A stretch of 64,000 nt of DNA from positions 159,138-223,137 of the forward strand of contig JAFZMH010000004.1 in the NCBI GenBank assembly GCA_017553325.1, in the 5' to 3' direction. Below, one piece after another: positions 18,535 through 27,500 of this stretch. The stretch comes from Clostridia bacterium. GTDB taxonomy: Bacteria; Bacillota; Clostridia; Christensenellales; CAG-917. The position numbers and the translations under genes were made by a program. Each line of letters opens with the position of its first letter. Within the stretch, counting starts at the first letter, position 1. The notes under the pieces were generated by a model. It was not told where the DNA came from. It did no database searches and worked only from the letters and a program-made list of their open reading frames with translations.

Positions 18535-21500
18535 TCAGTCAAGAATCTCCTTTTTGAGTCTGCGTTTCTTGAGACCGATATAGAGTCCCGTGACCGCCAC
18601 GACCAACACGATTCCGCCCGCGATTCCCGCGCCCGTCCAAACGGCGAGCATAGGCGTCTCTCTGCCCGCTTTGACGAATACGATTGAGCCGAGAGAATCT
18701 GTGTCATAGACGAGCATACCGTCTTCGGTTATCGTATAATTTTCGAGTTTCTCGAGTCTCGTCGTGCCGTTGCTGTTAAACGCCGTCCTGTAAATGATGG
18801 TGCTGTCCAGCGAGTCGAGAATTTCAGGTGAGAGTTCGACGCTTACCGTGGTCGTCATACCCTCGTCCAAGTTTATTCTCTGTCCGCCGAGCGTCAGGTT
18901 CATTCTGATGATCGCGGAGATTGTGACGGACGTGTTGAGTTCCGCTTCGATTGCTGGCATAAACGCGGAGTCGATTGCCGCATAGTATGCGTCGTCCTCT
19001 GCGGAGCTTTGATTGTTCTTTGTCACATATCTCGCTTCGAAACCGTCTGCGAGCAAGGTCTTCTTCGCCTCGCCTTCCGTCTGCTTGACGTCGAGCGTCG
19101 CCTCAATCTTCGAGGTCTTGACGCCTATGCTTGTGACGACGAGTTGGAGAGTTCCCGTAGCGGTTGTCGACGTCTCTTTGCCGGAGATTATCTCGGTTTG
19201 GGTGATGTCGAAGTTGTCTTTGAGGCTCGCGTCTTTCAATACGATTTGGAATGGGTATCTGCCCGAATTGCCAAATACGAACTTGCCGTTTACCATCTTG
19301 ACGACCTTCGAATCAACCGACGAAATCTTGCCGTCGTTGTAGGTGAACATAGATTTGCCGTTGACAAGGAATTGCACCATCAAATCGTCTTCGCTCAGCA
19401 GATTGAGCGGACGTTGCTCTGCGTCTTTGGACGGAGCCACGCTCGTAATCGAGTAGTTGACTTCATAGCCCTTGCCGTCCTCGTAGAGTTGTCTCTCCGT
19501 GTAGGTGATAGCAACGACGACGGACGCCTTGATGATTGAGAAGTACACTATCTTTTTGCCCGACTCGTAGTTGTCGTCGTGCGGGTCATAGTTGAGGGTG
19601 ACTTCGTAGACGCCTGCGTCCTTCATCTCGGTGACAGGCTCGTAGTTGCCTTCGACCTTCTTCTTGTACGTTGCGGAGAAATAGTCCGGATCCGAACGCA
19701 ATTCGTCGCTGATCGTAATCTTCGCGATATTGTATTCGTGCGCCTTTCCGTCGTATCTGACGCTGTCGTCCGGAGCGGACAAGCCGGAGCTTGCCTTGTT
19801 GATGACGAGTTTTACGGATTCTTGTCCGCCGTCAGTCTTCGTGCTCCATCTGAATTCATAGCCGTTGTTATCTTCTATTGCATTGCCCTGTTCGTCGACG
19901 TAGCTTGCGTCAATCTTGCGGACTAGTATGAAAGTACCCTCGTAAGTGCCTGCGTCTCTGACGTTGACCTTGTTGCCGGAGGTGTTGTAGAACTCGTATC
20001 TGTCGCCCGCCTTGCCGCCTGCAAATACGGCTTCCGTTTGGTCCTTTGCGTTGTAGGTGACCGTGTACTCTTCACCGTCCTTGGACGCCATACCAACGCC
20101 GCTGAGCGTCGGCATCTTTATCGTGAGCGTCGGTGCGGTTGCCGTAAACGTCGTGCCGTCGAACGAGTATTTGAACTCATATCCGCCCGCGACCTCGACG
20201 CGCTCGACGGTTCCGTAATGGACGTTGTAGTTGGTGGGAACAAAGCCCTGTACGCCTTGAATGACGAGCACGTAGTCGCCCGCGAACGACGGGTCGGAAT
20301 TGACCTTTGCGGTCAACAGGATAGGACTGCCGTCAAAGCTCTGCGCGTCCGTATACAAGCTGAACCAATATTTCGGGACGTTTTCACCGAAGATGCTGTC
20401 CACGGTTTCACCGGAGGCTCTGCCTTCGTTGCCGTTTGCGTCGTAGTAGTTGAGGTTGACGTGCGGAGTGTCCGCGCCGTACTCCTTCTCGTAGTCTTTG
20501 ACCGCCGCGACGACGTACATATCTTTCTTTATGACTTCGAGCTTACTGCTCGGGCTTCCCTCATAGTTCGTTCCCGTGTAGATGAAGTCAAAGTCGTAGT
20601 TGGTTGATTCACCGCCCGTCAAATAATATCTCGTGTATTCGAAGCTCGGGTTGCCTGCGACAGTACCGGCCGTAGGTCTTGAAGTCGCAAATTCCGCAAC
20701 CGCTTTCGGCGCGATGAACGTCCTGCCGAGAATACCTATACGGACGTAGTAGTTTGCAAAGTTTGCTTCTTCGTATTCGACGGAATCTCCAAACGTACCG
20801 TCTTGTGCTTTCAAGTGCAATCTAGAAGCGTATTCGGTTCCGTTTGAAAGCTTGCCGCCAATCAAATACTTCAAGTAGTTCAAATCGTCTTTGGAGACGT
20901 TGTCGCCCACGTTTGCGACGAGTCCGACGAGTTTTAGGAATTGAGTGTATTTGATCATAACGCCCTTGTCCGTAATTTCAAGGTCATAACCGCCGAGTTT
21001 GTAGGTTACGTTGCCCTTGACGGACGAGAGATTCGTGCCGTAAACCATCGTATCGTCGTTGAGCGTTGCCGTAATCGTACGCTTTTCAATCGTGGCGGAT
21101 ATACGCTCGCTTCTCGATACGCCGTACGTATAGTTGTTTGCGTCCAAACCGCCGAGTCTTTCCGCTCTGACAGAAACGTAGGTCGAGCCGACTTCCGCGC
21201 TTTCGAATTCAGCGAAGATGCCCTCGACTCTTAAGTCGTCGTCTGCGATACCGATGCTCGAATCGTTGAAGGTGAAGTCCGTGCCGACCTCGCCGTAGAA
21301 CTTGGTCGAACCGTCGAATTGCTTTGAGAATGCGGTTGAACCGTCCTTTGCTTCGACGTGGTTGATGACCGCCGCAAGTTGACGTATCATACCTTCCGCG
21401 TCGTTGGAATACGTGACCGCCGCGTCAAGAGTGCCGTCGCATGAGCCTGCGGAGTCAAGTACGAGATATGCGTCTCTGTCACCCACTTTGTAGAAGCCGA

Positions 21501-24500
21501 CGATATTATTCTTCTCGGTTTCAAGGAGCGCGGCGTTGTCTGCATAGATATACTTGGCGGCCTCTTTGAGGTCGAAGAAGTACGTCGTGATTCTTGCCTC
21601 AACGGCAGGATCGCTGAGTCTTGGGTCTGCGGCGTAGTAGATTGTGCCGTCGTCAAGTGCTACCGCACGGAACGGTGTGACGCCGTCGTAGCCCGATTTG
21701 TCAACCGTATAGGTGAGAACGTAGTTCGTATATGCGGACTTGGTGTTCTTGATGACGGGGTTGTAAACCGTACCTGCTTTTGCGCCGATGCCGTATCTCT
21801 GCTTGTTATAAGTCGTAAGCTCGGTCTCGGTGAGCGCTCTGTAATAGAGTGCATATCTTTGGTTTGCAGGATACGTAGAGGTTTCCGCAACCGTGAGTTT
21901 TACGTACACGGGGTTTTCTTCATCGCCCGTGTTTTTGTAAAGACCGCTCTCCGACTTGACGAATTCGGCTTTGAACTTGCCGTTTGCATCTGCGACGAAT
22001 TCGACGTTCTTGTCGATGAAATACGCGCCGCCCGTGGTTTGAATACCATAGGTATTCTTCTCCTTTTCGAGCTCGCCCCACTTCACTTCAATCAATTTGC
22101 CTTCTCCGTCGTAGACCTTCGTGCCTATCGTGTAGGAGATTACGTTGCTTGAAACCGCTTCTTCGCCGTTATACGTTCTCGAGCCGAGGTCAACCGAGAA
22201 GGTGACCGGACGAGCGTAGATACGTTTTTGGATGTTTACGTCGGAAGCACCGCTCAACAGATAGTTGTCCATGAGATAGTTCTTCGCGCTGTCGGCGACC
22301 GTCAAAGTGACGTCGTTCAAGCTGACGTTGATCGGCGATTCGCTTGCGTACTTTTGGTCAAAGAGTCCTGTCGCGGTGATGCTGATGTATTGCTCATCCG
22401 CGTCAATGATATCCTCGTGTCCGACGACTTTGATTGTTGCGGTAGCGTTGCGCGTGCCGTCGTAGACCTTGTCGTGGACGGTTATATCGTTGGTCTTGAT
22501 GTTGATGACTTTCTTGCTTATCAAAACTTCGCTCAACAACTCGTAAGCACTGACGTTGTTACTCGGAGTTTCGGTGACTTTCTTGTATCTCAAACTCTCG
22601 TTCGGCTCGTTCGCGTCGTAGTTATAACCGTAAATGACGTAGTTATCGAGCGACGGCAACGGGAGTTCTCCCGATACGGACACGGAGAGATTGGTGACGA
22701 GCACGTCGTGTGCAATCGCATTGCCGTCCGCATCGACCAAGACGTTTGCATTGGCAAGTCCGTACTTGGACAATTTGTACTCAACTCCGCCGCCCATCGT
22801 GATTTTTGCAAGCTCAGCAGACAAATCGCTCGCATAATTGAGCGTCGTAAAGGCGTGCGCCGTCTTGTCTCTCGTAGAGGCTACGACAAGCGAAGTCGTG
22901 CCGTCGTAATCTCTTTCTTCAAACTTGACGTTCGGAATGAGTTGCGCCGGGTTGATCTTGACCTCTGTCTGCGGATACGCGGTGTTGATTTCATCAATAT
23001 CGACGGTGTAGTTGTCCTTGTCGTTGCCGACGATATCAAAGGCACTGAAGCTGATTCTGTGCCAACCTTTGCCGTTGGAGCCGTCGGAAATCGTCGCGCT
23101 TATCGTGATTTCTGGATCTTCACCCTCCAAAATCACGCCGTCCTTTAAGGTGAACGCGACTTCGACGTCGTCGGTTGCGTTGTAGTCGCGCGCAACCGCT
23201 TCGATAGATTCGAAGCTCGAGGAGTCGATGACCTTCGGCACGATTTGTGCGTTGATGATATTCTTGAGGTGCAAGACAATCATGTCCTCTTTCTTTTCAA
23301 AGACTGCGTTGGAGTCCGCTTGCTCGCTGATATCTATGTCGTTCGGACTGTCGAATTTAAATGCGATATCGATGTTTATCGTATACTTGGAAACCGCCGT
23401 CGCGCCGCCGAAACTGCCCGCTTGCAAGGTTGCGTTGCCACTCTCCAAGCACTCGACGAGCATAGAGTTGTTCTCGTTTCTCGCGATACGCACGTCGTTA
23501 ATGCTGATTGTGGACGTGCCGTCGTATTGTTTTTCAATCGAGACGTCGACTTGGTTGATCGTGACCGAACCGGTGACGATTCTTATAACGGTTTGGTTGA
23601 GCGGATCGTCGTTGACGAGATACGAAATCGTGACATTTTCCGCAGGTTGATCTTTGCCGTTGACGACTATAAGCTCGTAGTTCCACTTCTTGTCGCCCTT
23701 CAAGAACAAGCCTGTAAAGGTGATTGTCTTGACGCCGGCTTCCGCGTCCGCAATACCGTTGTCAACGGAGGTATAGTATGCGGTTGTAAACCAAACTTTG
23801 ACGTCGTCCGCGGAGAATACGAGTTGATTCATAATATCCGCGATTTGGGCGTCGTTTGCATATCTTGCGACGTTGGTGCCGTCGACCTTTCTGCTAATAC
23901 CGACGAACATGGACGGGTCGACCTTGATTGTCTTCTTTGTGATTTCAAATCTCACCGCCGCGTCGGTTTCGTCGAGGTCGGAGTTGACCGTAAAGTTCAA
24001 ATTGCTCGAAGCGAACGCCTTGCTTACGGCATAGCCGTAATATTTGTTTTCGTCGCTGTAAAGTACGCCGTTGGCGTCCGCCGCAAAGTCTCCGCGAGTG
24101 CCGAGCGAAACGAGGGTTCCGTTTTCGAGATAGAGACCTCTCGCATACGAGCCGCTTATCGTCGTCAAGATGTCATTTGCGATATTCATGTTTGCGAACG
24201 TGGTGATTTGACCGGGCTCCGTGCCGACGGTCTTGCCGTCTATGGACACGATGCTATAGCCGATCCCGTACACGCTGTCCGCCGCGCCGTACGCCTTACT
24301 CTTGACGGCCCTCGTCGGTCTCACGACGATGACGGCAGGCGTCACTGTCAAATTGAAGGAATCGACGTACACCTTACTCAAGGTGTCGACAGTGTTTTCA
24401 CCCTCTTTGACCGTGACGGAAGTGACCACCGTTCTGACGAGATAACTGCCGACGTTGAGATAGTCGCCGTCGCTGTGTCCAGCGATAACCGTCGACCATT

Positions 24501-27500
24501 CGACGACGTATTCCTGTCCTTCGTCGAGCGCAGGAAGTCCGGTAAAGTACTCGTCCGAATACGGAATCGAGGTGGCTGAATTCCATTGTTCGCCGTAGAC
24601 GGCGGAAATGGACGCGCCGTCTTTGAGTCTTATGACAACCGCACCCTCGACGACGTAAACGATAAACGCCTTGTCGTCGCTCAAGGTGAAGTTGATATTT
24701 GCATTTGCGATATTGCCTATCGTTATCGTGTATTGATAACGATATTTATAATCTTCGGTATTGTCGGCAAGTTCGAGGTCTACGTATTCGGAGCCGAGTT
24801 CGAGTTGTCCGGAAATTAGGTTCGCAATCTTCGCGTCGTTTTGCGCGAGCGTGTAGGTCGGAACGATCAACTCGTAATCGACTGCTGGGTTGAAGCCTTC
24901 GCTGTCCTTCTTTACGAGCGATTGACCGGAGACGTACAACGTGACCTCTCTCTTGTTGATGACGAGCGTCGCCTCGCCCTCGTTGGTGACTGTGAGTTGA
25001 TAGTTTTGACCGACGTCGAATCTTGTCGAATCGACGCTGTACTCATAGATCCCCACCGTTTCAAGCGTATTGCTTCTGTATATCGCGTCGCTTGCAATAA
25101 AGGTGTAGACATTTCCTACAACGCTTGCGGGGCTGCCGAAACCGGGCTGGAAGAAGTTCAACAACTCTTCCGCCGAGATAAATTCGCTCAAATCAACGCT
25201 GAACTTTGCGTCGGGGTCGTCGTCGCCGAAATACTTGACCGCGCCCACAATCGAAATCTTTACGGTCTTTTTGTGAATCGTATGAATCGCGCTAATGTAG
25301 GTGATTTCATAGTTTTCGAGACTTGCGCCCGTCGCGTTTGTCTTGACGACGATTTGATATTCGCCGACGTTCAAAGTGCCGGTTTCACTGGTTTGGAGTT
25401 TGAGCTCGAAGCCCGCGTTTTGAATGGCAGTGTGTCCGGCGACGGCGTCACCGAGTCCGGATACCGTATAGTCGAGCACAGGAGCGTCGCCGTAGATGCT
25501 TGAAGAAATCTTCGCGCTGATAGTGACGAGACCTTTGAGGATCGTAAACGTGTTGTACGCCACGAGTTGATGTTCGCTTTCCTCTCTCAACGCAGAATAC
25601 TTTTTGCCGTTGTAGTTTTCCGCGCCGAGTTTGATATAATTGCCGTTTGCGTCAAGTTTGAACTCGCCGCTTGCGGTCTCGTAGAATTTCACCGTTGCGC
25701 CGATGAGCGAATATTTTTGTCCCTCGAAGCCTGCACGTTCTCCTTCGGGAATTATCGTAAACACGCCTTCGGCGTATTGATAAATGCCGCTATTGTCCGC
25801 GCAATACGCAGGACCTTCTTGCACGAATGCATATCTTTGTCCCGCGTCGGAATTCGTCGCCAAAGTGAAGACGCCGTTCTTTAACACGTATGCGCCGCTG
25901 TTGAACTTGAAGAATTCCGCTTGAGAATATCTCTGCCCTTCAAACCCTTCGAGGTCTCCGGGTGCAATTTCAGAGAACACGCCTTCGACGCATTGATAGA
26001 TACCGCTATTGTCTTTATAGTATCCCATCGTTCCCGGCAGATAGGCGTTGCTATTGTTGTCGAGCACGAAGTTTGCGTCGTCGTACGGAACGTAGATTGC
26101 CACTTTGTAGACGCCCGGGTTCGTCGGAGCCCTGCCGTCGCCGGCGACCAAAGTGCCGTCCTCGTTGAGATATTTGAATACGAAGGTATTGAGTTCCGTC
26201 GCCTTGTCCAAGGTATTCATCGTCACCGCAACCGGTCCGCCGTTGTATCTCGCGCTGTAAGACGCCGTATACGTTATGACCTGACGGCGAGAGATTCTGT
26301 AGATTAGTTTTTTGGTCGAAAGGCCGGAATTTACGGTATCGAGCAAGCCGACGGAGTTTGCGTCGACTGTCAAATTGATTCGTTGACGTGCGTTGTCAAG
26401 AAGCACGAAGTTTTCAAATCCGACGTTCGTCTCCCACGCATATGCGGGCGAATAGTTGACGAGCAAAGTCTCGCGGACGTTGTCGCCTCCGTCCACTCTA
26501 TAGAATTTGTACGGAGCGTTGTCCGACTGCATGGAGAGTGCAAGCGTGACGACGTCGCCGCGTTTGAACGTGTTGACAACGTCACCTTCTTCGTTGGTTT
26601 GAGTGATTGTGACCGCGCTGGAAGTGAGATTTGTATTCGCCACGACGGCGGACTCAATCGTATAGGTGTAATCGTCGGCGAGAACGTAGTATTGTTGAAC
26701 CGTAGGCGAATAGTTGCCCGCTTGGTCGATTGACCACACGTAGATGACGCGCATGCCGGGGCCCAAGGTGCTGAGCAAACGAATTGACTTTTCATTGTCG
26801 TCGCCGCTCTCCAACTTCGAGCCGTCGAAATAGCTGTAATCGTCAAAATAGTCGCGTTTCAAAACGGTTGCATAGTCGGCTTCCTCAATGCTCTTATAGT
26901 GTCCGTTTTTCACGAAGTTATTGAGCGCGGTAAAATCTGCCGCGTTCGATATCTTCTTCACGCCGATATAAACCTTTATTCCGCTCGAATAAGTATCGAG
27001 AAGAGCCTCGTTGAAAGAAAGCTTTACGTTGAGCAACAACCCCGTATCCGTAAACCACTTTCTGCCCACTTCGGGGATGCTCATGCTATATCCGTTGACG
27101 CCGTCCTTCAAATAGTTGTCGGAATCTTCCGCCTTGTGAAGAGTCGGGGTTTCGGGGTCGTTTTTGTCCAATAAGAATCTGATGCCGCCCTTCCAGCCGT
27201 CGGTTGCGAAAACGCTGCCGTCGGCTTCATAGTTAACGCCCGCGTACATCTTGAAACTGGTTGACCAGTCGATGTTTGGATATTGTCCGTTGGCGTCCGC
27301 CATGTCCGGGAAGGTCAACGTCAACTTGGAGCCGTCCGAGTTGTAGGCGATTTTGACGTTGATTTTGTCGAGACCGGTTTTGAAGTTTTCAAACAAAACC
27401 CAAGAGGTTTCCGCTTCCGTTGGCGTTATCGTTTCGTCGACTATCGTATGAGTGATATAGTCTCTGTTGAAGACTATGCCGTACATCACGCCGTCGGCGT

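Noticed and set aside
22228-24579. 306-aa and 444-aa plus-strand ORFs (also 27283-28014 at 243 aa and 20038-20607) inside the giant adhesin gene.
   Set aside because: Same shadow-frame effect. The minus-strand frame is open for 11.6 kb with a coherent repeat architecture, whereas the plus-strand products are Val/Arg/Asp-rich with no domain-like features.
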